This document shows positions 13,054 through 24,227 of a stretch of 52,077 bases of DNA, piece after piece. The stretch lies in NCBI GenBank assembly GCA_965644295.1, contig CBFFRP010000257.1:1-52077 (forward strand). Direction: 5' to 3'. A model generated the notes under the pieces. The model did no database searches. It saw only the letters and a program-made list of their open reading frames with translations, and had not been told where the DNA came from. This stretch comes from Paraphysomonas bandaiensis (lineage: Eukaryota; Protista; Chrysophyceae). Position numbers and translations under genes: made by a program. Position 1 is the first letter of the stretch, and every line of letters starts with the position of its first letter.

Positions 13054-14940
13054 ATGACTGAACTAATCATAACGGGCAATGATTTAACTATAACTTCCTT
13101 AGCACATGCCTCTAGATGTCCCGGCAGAGTCACTATAAGTGAAGAGGCGAGAAAGAAGATATCTGAGTGTCGTGAGTTCGCAGAGACAGCTGCTGCAAGA
13201 GGAGATGAGGTCTACGGCCTGTCGACAGGGGTGGGCATGCGCAAGAAACGAAAGATAAGCAAACAGGATGTCATTGTATTTAATAAGCGAATGATACGAG
13301 AGCATGCGAGTGGACAGGGACCCTCACTGCCTGCAGACATCACTCGAGCGACTGCTATATGCCTCCTGAATAATATCGCTAAAGGAAGAACTTTCATACG
13401 TGAGAGTATCGCATCTATAATTTCACAGCGATTGTCTGATGGGCCTGCTTTTCAAGGATTGCCTACCTATGGGAGTACTGGCATCGGAGATGTTTGTCCT
13501 TTGTCTCACATGGCTATGGATATATATGGGGACACAGACCCTGCTCCTGGTGAGGCCCTCCCAATGATTACTCAGAGCTCATATGTAACCGCTCATGCTG
13601 CTCTGGCTGTGCATGATACTGCTGTACTTTTGAATGAATTGACAGTGCTAGCAGCTATGGACGTCGAAGCTTTTGCTGCTAACCCATCCCCGTATAACCC
13701 TGTATCTGGAACATTCAGACCATATGCCGGATACCAGAAGACATTATCTACCCTCCATGAGTATTTATCCGATAGCTCTTTACATTCTACCCCTCCTAGA
13801 CATCTTCAGGCGCCTTTGTCTTTCCGCTGTGCTGCAAGTGTGCTTGGAGCCGCAGAGGATGCTCTGTTGTTTGTGGAGTCCCAAGTAAATATTGAGCTCT
13901 CTGCTCAGCAACAAAACCCTCTTTGTCTCCCGGAGGAGGATCGTATGGTACCCTGTGCTCATTTTGATATGCAACCCCTAGCATCTGCTTTGGACTTCAT
14001 GCGTATTGCTCTCGCTCCATGCCTCACTGCTCAACTGGAGAGGTCCATCAAGCTGCTGCAAGCGAGGGAGACTGGACTGACGGATGGGTTAGAGGCGTAT
14101 GGTGACGAGGGTGGACATGGGATGTCCGAGATGGCGTTTGTACTACAAGCAATGGTGACTGAGGTAATGCTTTACGATGTTAAATGGGGTGATATGGCAC
14201 TGCTGCGTTTTTGACCTTCCTTAGCGGCAGGACTGGCTCGTGAAGTCATTTAAGTTATTTTCGTCTAAGTAGTATCTAGACTCACTAGTTTTTACATTGA
14301 TAGGCTAAACTGTTGGCAGCTCCAGTTTCTTTTGAAGTGGGATCTGCAACACAGGTGCGTGCGTCCGCTGTGTTAGTGCCTTAGACTTCACTCCATTCAA
14401 AAATGTGCATTGTGTCTTAAAACTTAGTTGATGTCAGTATCTAACACTCTAGGCGGAAGGAATAGAGGACCGGATTACGATGGCAGGTTTGGCTGCACGG
14501 AGGCTTATAGACATGGTGCATCTTGCTACTCGAGCCGCGGCTGTAGGAGTCGTCATAGCATGTCAGGTGTGTGTTTATATTTTCACACTATTTCTTGTTT
14601 TATCATTGTATTCCTGCTATGTCTGCCGTTGTTGTTGAATATAAAGCGCACACTCTTACCAACAGACACCAGTACAAAATGTGCATAATATTATTTAGTG
14701 GTGCATGGAATGTTTCGACCACCATTCATATTGTATACATTGGTGAAGTCTGCTCATGATTCTATCCAGGCAATTGACTTGAGAGGGGTAGATAGATTAG
14801 GGAGCACACTGAAAAAAGTTCACAAAAGTGTAAGAACCATTATTCCGAAAATGGGTGTTGGAGAATCACCACCAATGGAACTGGAGCCTCTCGTCAAACA
14901 GCTTGGGGTAGGATTTTTATCATCTACTGTAGTTCAGTGA
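13054..14940 (+). CDS. Aromatic amino-acid ammonia-lyase family (HAL/PAL fold) lacking the MIO-forming ASG; ergothionase-like (~481 aa, 4 exons)
   Basis: Exons 13054-14163, 14304-14354, 14453-14566, 14770-14940 (all GT-AG, in frame). Motifs: VYGLSTGVG, GSTGIGDVCPLSH, LQAPLSFRC, QNPL, GIEDRITM, QAIDLR. Confidence 0.88.
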
Positions 14941-15892
14941 GCTTAATTAGCGTTGGGAATATGGAGTTTTGCCGACCTCTTTTTCTGATAAGATAATTAG
15001 CTTAAACTTGGAAATAGATGAGTATTTGATAGATTTCTCACATAGATACAGCTTTTAGCTCTATATTGAATGTCTGATTACTAAGAAGCGCAAGCTTGTG
15101 CGTTGCCGCGACCAACCTCACAGCTCGCGCGACACTATGCATAACATGACTCTCATCTAGTTACTATTGCATGCACCGACAAGTGCTCAACTATACAATA
15201 TAATATACTATACAACACGATTTAGTTAGCTACATGGGCATACGACGAGTTGCGTGTTTAAGCCGGATCATACGCTCCTGCCCAATTTACTTGTCCTAAC
15301 ACAAACAACTTGCGGTCGGTGTCTTCGGCATATGTCTCCTGTATATGCGGCAGATCTTTAGGGCCCTCTTCAAGGTGGTGTTCACAGCAGCAGGTAGTCT
15401 GGAAGGGAGAATAAAGTAGCTCTAACGCCGGGTCCTCCCATGGTCACGAAGCGGTCTCACTGGTGCAATTTTGCACACTGACGCATGAAACAGACATCTA
15501 CCAAAATCTCTTACAAATTCAAGCTGACTCCGATGTCTTCCCTCCATTGTGTGCACTTGTCCAGCACATGCATCCACCTTGCACTCTTCTCCCGAGTGAC
15601 TTACACTAGTAGGAAACCGTGCACCTTCCCCGCTCGGATGAAAACCTACTAAGCAAGAAATAACATAAAAGCACCACAAATGTACCTGACACTGCTTGGA
15701 GAACAGTGCCAGAGCCTTGATATAATCTCAATGACCTGGGTCAGGAGAAACCAAGACTAGGCAGTAGACGTGTGAGAAGACATGACAGGTCCAATCACAT
15801 CATTGTCATTGCCATGCATCCATGAGGAAAGTTTGACGCATTACCTCGGTCATTGGCCACACAGATACCGAATAACGTGAACTCATACTCAG

Positions 15893-16796
15893 CATCACTC
15901 ACTTAAAGCAAACGCAGTGAGCAAGCAGAATGTTGATATACCTGACATCTGCTGACTTCAGGTTTTTTGAGTTCTTAAGGTGAACATCCCGGATGCTTAA
16001 CTTCAGCAGGCAGCCCTTCTGGTGGGCCTGTCCCGGATGCCCTTGAGGTGGGCCCATTCCCGGATGCCTGTTTATTCAGGGCCCAAAGACGTCTACACAA
16101 GTGACACTTATTATTAGTATTAGTGTCCCCTCAACAAAGTCGGACTCGCACCTTTTCGTGGTGTTCTGGGGGATAAGTACCGGAGTTATTTCTCTGGGAA
16201 ACTAACGTGAGCCGCAAACATAGTCAGCAGATATTCTTCTGCCCACTCATAGCCGAATGCTTGTGTGGTACAAGGGACACCAATAAGTGTCACTTGTGTA
16301 GGCGTCTTTGGGCCCTGACGAATAAACAGGCATCCGGGAATGGGTCCACCTCAAGGGCATCCGGGACAGGGCCCACCTGAAGGGTAACCGGGGTATTGGG
16401 CTGCCTGCTGAAGTCAAGCATCCGGGATGTTCACCTTAAGAACTCCGAGCGGAAGTGGTCGCACCTTGGTGCTTGCGGCGACACACAAGCAGCTTCCGTA
16501 GCGTTAAATAGTAGGATAAAAAAAATGTGTACTGATTAGTTACAGGTAGAGGTCTAACTAGTTTGTCTAGCATTCATCTAGCTACTAAGTTAGTGCAGGT
16601 TTTTAACGCCTATTGCTAATAATAAGACTTTCAATATATTATTAGTGTCCCTTGTACCACACAAGCATTTGGCTATGAGTGGGCAGAACATATATCTGCT
16701 GACTATGTTTGCGGCTCACGTTAGTTTCCCGGAGAAATATCTCCGGTACTTATCCCCCAGAACACCACGAAAAGGTGCGAGTCCGACTTTGTTGAG
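15893..16796 (-). mobile_element. SINE-like copy C (3'-truncated; interrupted by inverted copy D)
   Basis: 15893-16129 and 16640-16796 join into one family copy. Confidence 0.85.
16130..16633 (+). mobile_element. SINE-like copy D, inserted in copy C with a 12-bp TSD
   Basis: Starts CTCAACAAAGTCGGAC, ends ..CTAATAATAAGACTTTCA. TATTAGTGTCCC is duplicated at 16118-16129 and 16640-16651. Confidence 0.9.
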
Positions 16797-16915
16797 GGAG
16801 CTTTTAGCTCTAATTGCCTCCGAAATTTCGTTATTTGGCGTAATTTAGAGGACATCAGTCATGAATATAGTATATTTGAATCAAAATAAACGGGAATCAA
16901 CTTGTAAACATAGTA

Positions 16916-17403
16916 GTAAATATCTTATTATTAGCAATAGACGTTTAAGAGGTAATTTCGCATTGCAACTCTGATACCCTACCATTTAACGATACGAGAA
17001 AGCTGCTTGTGCATCACCGCAAGCACCAAGGTACAACCACTTTCGCTCTATCACTCAAATCAAACGCAGTGAGCAACGATAATGTTGATTTATCTCACAT
17101 CTGCTGACTTCAGGATTTTTGAGTCCTTAAGGTGAACAGCCCGGATGCTTGACTTCAGCAGCAGATAGTCCGATACTCCGGTCACCCTTGAGGTACCTGT
17201 TTATTTTTCAGGGCCCAAAGACGTCTACACAAGTGATACTTATATTAGTGTCCCTTGTATCACCCAAGCATTCGGCTATGAGTGGGCAGAACAACATCTG
17301 CTGACTATATATAATATGCGGCTAACGTTAGTTTCCCAGAGAAACCTCTTCGGTTCTTATCCCGCAGAGCACCACGAAAAGGTGTGAGTTCGACTGTGTT
17401 GAG
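16916..17403 (-). mobile_element. SINE-like copy E with a degenerate 17-bp TSD
   Basis: Flanks AACTTGTAAACATAGTA (16899-16915) and AGCTTTTAAACATAATA (17404-17420) are 14/17 identical. Confidence 0.85.
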
Positions 17404-18095
17404 AGCTTTTAAACATAATATTAGGTTGCAATCATGTTTTTATGTTTACAGGAGTTTTAGTAAGTTTTGGCTGTTGAAATGCTATAATACCACCCTCCAC
17501 TCATAAGAGAAACCTGAATTTTTTAATTCATTAAGATCTAAACCATAGTGCTACTGTTCACTTATTCAAGTATTTAGACCTCCTATGTTAAAAATATGTA
17601 TAAAATACAACATAGCTAATACTCTTTATAATAATTACAAGTAAGCTTATAAATAATTTATTCGTTTCAAAGTAACAGCAGAGCAATACAATAATTTTGC
17701 TGTTGACATCAATCTAGTGTCGCTAAACTAAAAATTGAATCTTTTGCTGTCCATTACATTATACTTTGTCATCTTATTATTAAAAATAGTGTTGCTTTAA
17801 AGTTATTATAAAAATAGACTTCGAACAAAAAGCAGCTACTGCTCTAAGCAGTTTGCAGTAAGATTTCAGAACCCTCATCTCTGCAGACAGAGTGCTCTAC
17901 TGCAGTCCTGTAATATTGCACTAGCTCTGCCTATAGAAGTTAATGTACAAGAATGATGAGGAGAACGCACACATAAAAGACAATGCGTGTAACATCTATG
18001 CATAAATTTTATTGATCGTTAATTATTGTAATATATATATATTAATATGGCTACAAGAGGACAACACAAAGTCTACACCTACAATAACGGAATCT

Positions 18096-18507
18096 CTCAA
18101 CAAAGTCAGACTCACACCTTTTCGTGGTGTTCTGGGGATAAGTATTGGAGATAATTCTCCGGGAAACTAACGTGAGCCGCATATTATATAGTCAGCAGAT
18201 TTTGTTCTGCCCACTCCTAGCCAAGTACTTGTGTGGTACAAGGGACACTAATAATAAGTGTCACTTGTGTAGACGTCTTTGGGCCTTGACGAGTAAGCAG
18301 GTATCCTGGAATGGGCCCATCTCATGGGCATCCGGGGGATTGGGCTGCCTGCTGAATTCAAGCGCCCGGGCTAGTTCACTTTAAGGACAGAGAGTGTAGG
18401 TGGTCGCACCTTGGTGCTTGCGGTGACGCACGAATAGTAAGATCATATCAAAGTGAAGCACTAGTGAGTTAAATTGCAATTTGTTCTGACTCCTAAATAA
18501 GACATTC
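18096..18507 (+). mobile_element. SINE-like copy F with a degenerate ~14-bp TSD
   Basis: Flanks ACAATAACGGAATC (18081-18094) and ACAACTAACTGAATC (18508-18522). Confidence 0.85.
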
Positions 18508-18874
18508 ACAACTAACTGAATCGAAGCATATCCATTACTTTTAATTTTTAACTTTCGCTTTTCGTCATCATCTGTGATGTAGGAGTCGTATAAGATCTAC
18601 TTAAACGTCAAAACTAGCAGGAATAGATCATTTTACTGGAAGTATTTGGAAAAATTCTTTAATAAATATACAATGACAGGGAAAAAACATATCCCTTGTA
18701 ACTACATAAAATATAACAATACACTACTCCTACACACAATGTGCACTGTATAAACAATGAGTGAAATCATCATAAAAGTGCCCACTAAAAACCGAAAACC
18801 AGACATTTGCACGAGGCTCATGATGCGTACTCCACATGTGTCTGTGTTATACATCAACAGCGTCATACATATAA

Positions 18875-21800
18875 CTACACATTATGATAAGAATCATACA
18901 CATCATCATCCATCCCCATTTTCTTCAGTTGTCTCCGGAGCGCAGCTTCTTTCGCCCGGGTTTCTTTTTCAGTTCGCTTTAGTTCTCGCCATAGCCTTTC
19001 ATTATATTTCGGATCCTCAGGATTAGCGACATTCTCTTGTTGCATCCAAGGACGATTCGATCTAGATGTTTCATTTTTTCGCGAAGTGTTGGCGCTTTTC
19101 GGTCGAACTGAGGATGTTTTGCTCGACGGACCGCGACGAGTTGCACTTGCAGATTTAGGACGCGACGATTTCCATGTAGCTGTTTTCCCCGTCGACAATC
19201 CCACACCAGACACTCCAAACTCAACAGTACCATCAGTGCCGAAGGAGTTGTTATCGTCAATGACATCGATATTATCTTGGGTTCGTGGTTTCTGTTTAGA
19301 CTTGGACTCTCGAAATCCTTCTCCACGTGCATTAGATCTCTTCATATGGACTGACATACCTACTAAATTCTTCTCATTCTGGCTGCGGCCCACAGGTGTT
19401 TCGTGCGACAAATTAAAGTCGATATTTGTGGCGGTGACCTTCGACTGATTTTGAGAATCTCGGTTTGAGTGTGTTCGCGGTTTCACCACTTCTTCAATCA
19501 CTTTTGCATCGGTGTATACATCCGGTTGGAGACTCCTACGCATCCAAGTGTAATTGAGGGGATTATCGTCAGTGGTCTCAGTTGGGGCAAAGAAGCCCCC
19601 CATTGCCTCAATATCACGCGGTGTGGGAGAGGGTGCAAGGTCTTCCGCAGTGATAGGCCTGTACAACGGACGGGCAGGTCGTACAGACGCGCTGCTCGAA
19701 CTTGGTCTGGTGCTACCGATTCCGCTTTTTGACCTCAAGCGTGGATCTGACACAATTTCATTGTGAAACTCTTCCTCATCCCACTCTGGAATAGCACTGT
19801 CATCCCCTCCACCTGAATTATTATCCGCCTTTTCCGTAACCGGTGTGGGATTCGCAACTTGCTGTGGAGATTCCTCAGTATCGACCGAATCTTTAGTGGA
19901 ACTCCGCGTCCACGCTTTATACGAACGACGGGGAATATCACCGTTGCTCATGCTCACTCCATTATTGCTCTCGCCTTTTAATTTAGTAGCACTTGTTTTA
20001 TTACTTCCTGATGTGTGTCTTGCACTGGCACTGTGCGGTCTGGAACTCTTTAAAGTGCTGCCATTCGATCCTCGCTCAACTACATTGGCATTTATGATTT
20101 TTGTTCCCGATTCCGTAACCTTGACTTTACTGGGTTCACTGCGTTTCACTTTAAGAGTCTTCTCCTTTGGTACATCCATCGTTTTTCGCTTATTCGAAAT
20201 CGATGGACGAATGGGTGAACCAGGCTTCGGTATATACAGTAAAGCCTCTAGTGGAATTGCATCTACAATGTCAGCACCATTCGGGCCAGTAACGGAGACT
20301 CCAATACGTCGGGTTTCTTCAGCAGAGGCACACGACACAACACGACCACGCTTCCCGGCGATACTCAAAAAAACTGACGAAGACGGTCGATCCCACCAAT
20401 CAAATCTCTCGTAGGCGCGACAAAGTAAATCAATGGACTGTACACGCACTTCCATGTCATTCACTATTTCTTCAATGGGAATATCAGCCAATGAAAGCGG
20501 TGTGGAAGTATCTTCCTGAGGTGGAGGGCAACGCTTCACACACATCGATGGAACATAGACACACCGGCCGCAAATAGCTTCAACATCATCGTCGTACTCC
20601 CGCAGCATATCGAGAACTTTGTGGCTTTTATTCTTGGGGCATGGTGCGTCATCCCGAAAGTTAACCCATTGCATTCCTGTCAAGTCCTTTTTCTTTGCTC
20701 CAGCGGGAGGGCGCATAGTCACAGCACATACAGCGTTACCAATTATGTCACAAATGGCAGTCATATCTTCAAAGGATGCCGACCATGCATAAGCCCGGTG
20801 TATAGGCATGTAAGCTCTCAGTAACTTTTCAGACGATGCCAGCTTGACATAGTCACCTTCCCGTAGACTGCAACTTTTAGAGTTTTCTTTCCCCGTACTC
20901 ATTTTTGGAGGAGTCTGAATCACCATGCTGTCCACTTTGTCGGGAGAAAAGCTCTTTGAGAGTACATCCTTCGGGCGCATACCACGATCCCACCATTCAT
21001 CCAAATGTCGTAATACCTGTCGGTACACTCGGCAGCGAGCACGCAATATTGATGGCTTCAGCCGCATTGAAATGCTGTCGTCATCCAAAAACATAAAGTC
21101 CTCCCCTGTAAGTGATTCGAATCGTTCGACCGGAAACTGCAAGGCTTCTGTTAATTTCGATACCCAGTCCGAAATCCAAAATGCTGGTCTGCTACCTCCA
21201 CATGAAAGATTCGTTGCTGCCGCATCCAATATAACTTTTCGGATCTTTTTCCATGTGCCATGTACCAGTCCAACGAGCTGCTTTATGGCTGTGACTGATT
21301 GAATCTCACTTAAACTGAACTGTTTTGGGGATATCTTCATCGCAGCATAGTTTACCAAATTATTATCTCTGGCATACTCAGTCAATACAGCAGCTAACAG
21401 TGCAGGATTTTGCAACGAGAGCAAAACGCGTTCGCTACTGGCAGTGGGAAGATCATGTGCATGAGCATTTAATACTACACCCAATGCATCCAAGACAAGA
21501 GCAGCTTCATGTTTATGCAGCGATATGCTGGCATTCTCCTCGAGCAACGCAATTTCAAACGCTTCGTCAACTACTCTTTTTTGCGTATCTGGAAATATAT
21601 CGATCTCCTTAAAATCAAAACCACTGCATTCGTCCAAAACTGCACGATCTTTATTCTTTCTTGGTTTCACAGTTTTAGACACTTTCTTCTTAGATGTGCA
21701 AGTACCACTACTGCCGCTGACACCGGCAGACTTTGATCTCGATAATTTATGTTTCCCCTCTTTATGAGCACTGCTATTTGTCTTTTGTATAGAGGAATCG

Positions 21801-23644
21801 AATAGTGAGGGTTTTGGTCGATTAGATGTCCTTCCACCTCGCTTAACCTCACTGCTGGACTCGTGCGATCGACCCAGGGCTTTGGATTCTACTTCGGTAC
21901 CAATGGAAGAGTCGACTTTGGAAGTGTTGAGTCCAGGCGCATTTCTTGAAGCATGTGAAATACCAGCAGGTATACTTTGCAAGTCTCGCGACTTTGATTC
22001 GGACTTTATCTCCTGACCCCCTCGGTCGAATATTTCCGACTCAATGGATCGTTTAGTCTCAGAACTACGTACAGACTGTACCGCAGAAACTGAAGACTTT
22101 TCCTCTACTTGGTATGAATCATTATACTTCGGCTCTGCCATAAAGCTACTGTCTTGCAGAGGCTCGCCACTGGTAACCATTGAACCGTCATATTTAATAC
22201 CCGCTGCCACCTCCTTCCGGCTGGCTGATTTTTTCATATTATGCTCATTAAGCCCTGACGTCACTTCCTCGATGGCTGTTTCTTTCATGACAACAGAGAC
22301 TTCTAAGTGACCACGAAATAAATGCTTTCGACCTGTATCGTGAATATCAACTGATATGGTTTCCTGTGAATTGATAACGATATCACCCAGAGGAAACGTC
22401 GCTGCTCCGACTAACTGGTCATCTCGTACTAAGTTGGCATTGTACACCTCCAATGAAAGCACATCACTGTCTCCCCTATCATGTGAGCCCCAGGATTGTC
22501 TAAATAGACCGACAGCATTCACATTCTTCCACGATACATCTTCATTCGCCTCCCATACCACCTCCGTTTCGTATCTCCATCCTCCAATAGAGAGTACTAC
22601 GTAAGGATCATTCTTGCCGCTCCACTTAACTGACTTCATGCCCGTGGCATGAATCTCAGAGACATGCAAACATAGCGGCGACATCGCCGGATAGAAATCA
22701 GGTCGCGGAGGACTGCCTGGAGGAGAGTGCAGTATCTGAGCATACAGCGTGTCAACCTCGCACTCAGATGTGTCTACAGATTGAGATGAAGACATATAAG
22801 AATCTAATGATCCTTTGTGGTCGCCTCTGAGCGTACGACGGGGAGTAGAACAGGAAGAGCTGGAAATGGTCACTTGTTCCATAGTCGAAGGTGCACGAGG
22901 TGGACGACCTCCACGATTTTTGCGTTTGCTGTGAAAAATAGAGTGAGTGCAAAATGGAATAATCCAAACTACTCAATTGAATGCTTCAATGAAATTCCCA
23001 TCCTATTACTGATAATCATATATGGGTAATAAGATCATACTACCTCCTAAATCCTTGCTTAATAGTATCAGCTGCCAACGCCATAACTAGCTTCTCCTCC
23101 GATGTCACTCGCCTCAGTTTCACCGCAGGTTTACACGCCCGGTATCGCCTGTAAATCTAGATTACTAAGAACGGACGAACAGAGCTTTGTGAACAGCAGA
23201 TATTTCGACGATTGAAAAGCTCGCATACTAATAGAGTACTTAGCACATACCACTATTACGACATTACCTGTAGGTTGATTGAATAGTTTCCGCAGCCAGC
23301 TGCATGACTAAGTTGCCTTCGGATTCTTTATCTCGCACAATATGTAATTCATCGTCATCATCAGGCTCTTCTACTATGCCAGTGACTGGAATCTCTATTA
23401 ATGCCGCGAATGGTAAATTTACAACTTTCTGTTGACTTGTTTTGACTGGAATCCATCCGTCCCAAGCATCGATATCCGCACGATCAGGAACCCACAACAC
23501 AGTGACTATAGTGCCGGCGATTTCGTTGAGATCCTCCTCATCGATATCGTCTCCATTACTATAAAATCTTAAAAACTGCTCGAGTTCATCTCGTTCGATA
23601 ACGAGAACCTTGTCACCCCTCTTAAAGTCAGAGGGCAGTCTCAT
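18875..23644 (-). CDS. ~1511-aa protein: SH3/KOW-like repeats, two IQ-like motifs, C2 domain, possible SAM-like domain, long disordered regions
   Basis: Exons 23644-23268, 23148-23044, 22928-18875 splice in frame (GT-AG). C2: LHVSEIHATGM..NDPYVVLSIG..LSLEVYN..DDQLVGAATFPL. IQ-like: AAETIQSTYRRY and AADTIKQGFR. SH3-like: FKRGDKVLV..IAGTIVTV, LREGDYVKL, MEVRV..IAGKRGRVV. Confidence 0.85.
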
Positions 23645-24227
23645 ACTAACACTAATACTACACTGATATCGTTACAGATCAGATCATAATCACTCTAACC
23701 ACACAGTGAGCTGATGGGACGGATTGGGGTCGCAGCTGTAGCTAATTAAGTTCCATATATTACTCGAGGCTAGTAATGCTGATAGACGGAGTTGTAAATA
23801 CATACCTACCTACCTACAACTACGAACATACATACACACATTCACCCTACCTACCTACATACGTGCAACATGTACTGCTGTACCTATAGTAGAGTACATA
23901 ATGTGACTCTTCACTGGTACACTTCGCACAGCATAACTGTGTATTCCGTATTCGGCGTATACCTGGCATACCTGGATGTCTAGATGCAGGAGTTGTTGAT
24001 CCAGCAGTGTGGAGGTCGAGGTGTGTGGCTGTTGTGGGTACACATCCGCATCGAGCTACAGCACTGAACTGTTCTGTGATCCAAGCCACCCATTAGAACT
24101 CACTCAACATAAATTAGTCACATAGATGTGTTGAGTATAGCTGTATAATATCAGCCATTCATAGTTGATTCTTATTCATAATTGATTTGACGCGCATCTC
24201 ATATTAATACTCTTAACTGGCAGCAGC

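Noticed and set aside
16310-16330. CTGACGA as a hammerhead ribozyme core in the SINE-like element
   Set aside because: No stem II followed by GAAA, and the first C is not conserved across copies.
18979-22604. Numerous antisense and alternative-frame ORFs inside the C2 gene
   Set aside because: Shadow ORFs of a long coding exon.
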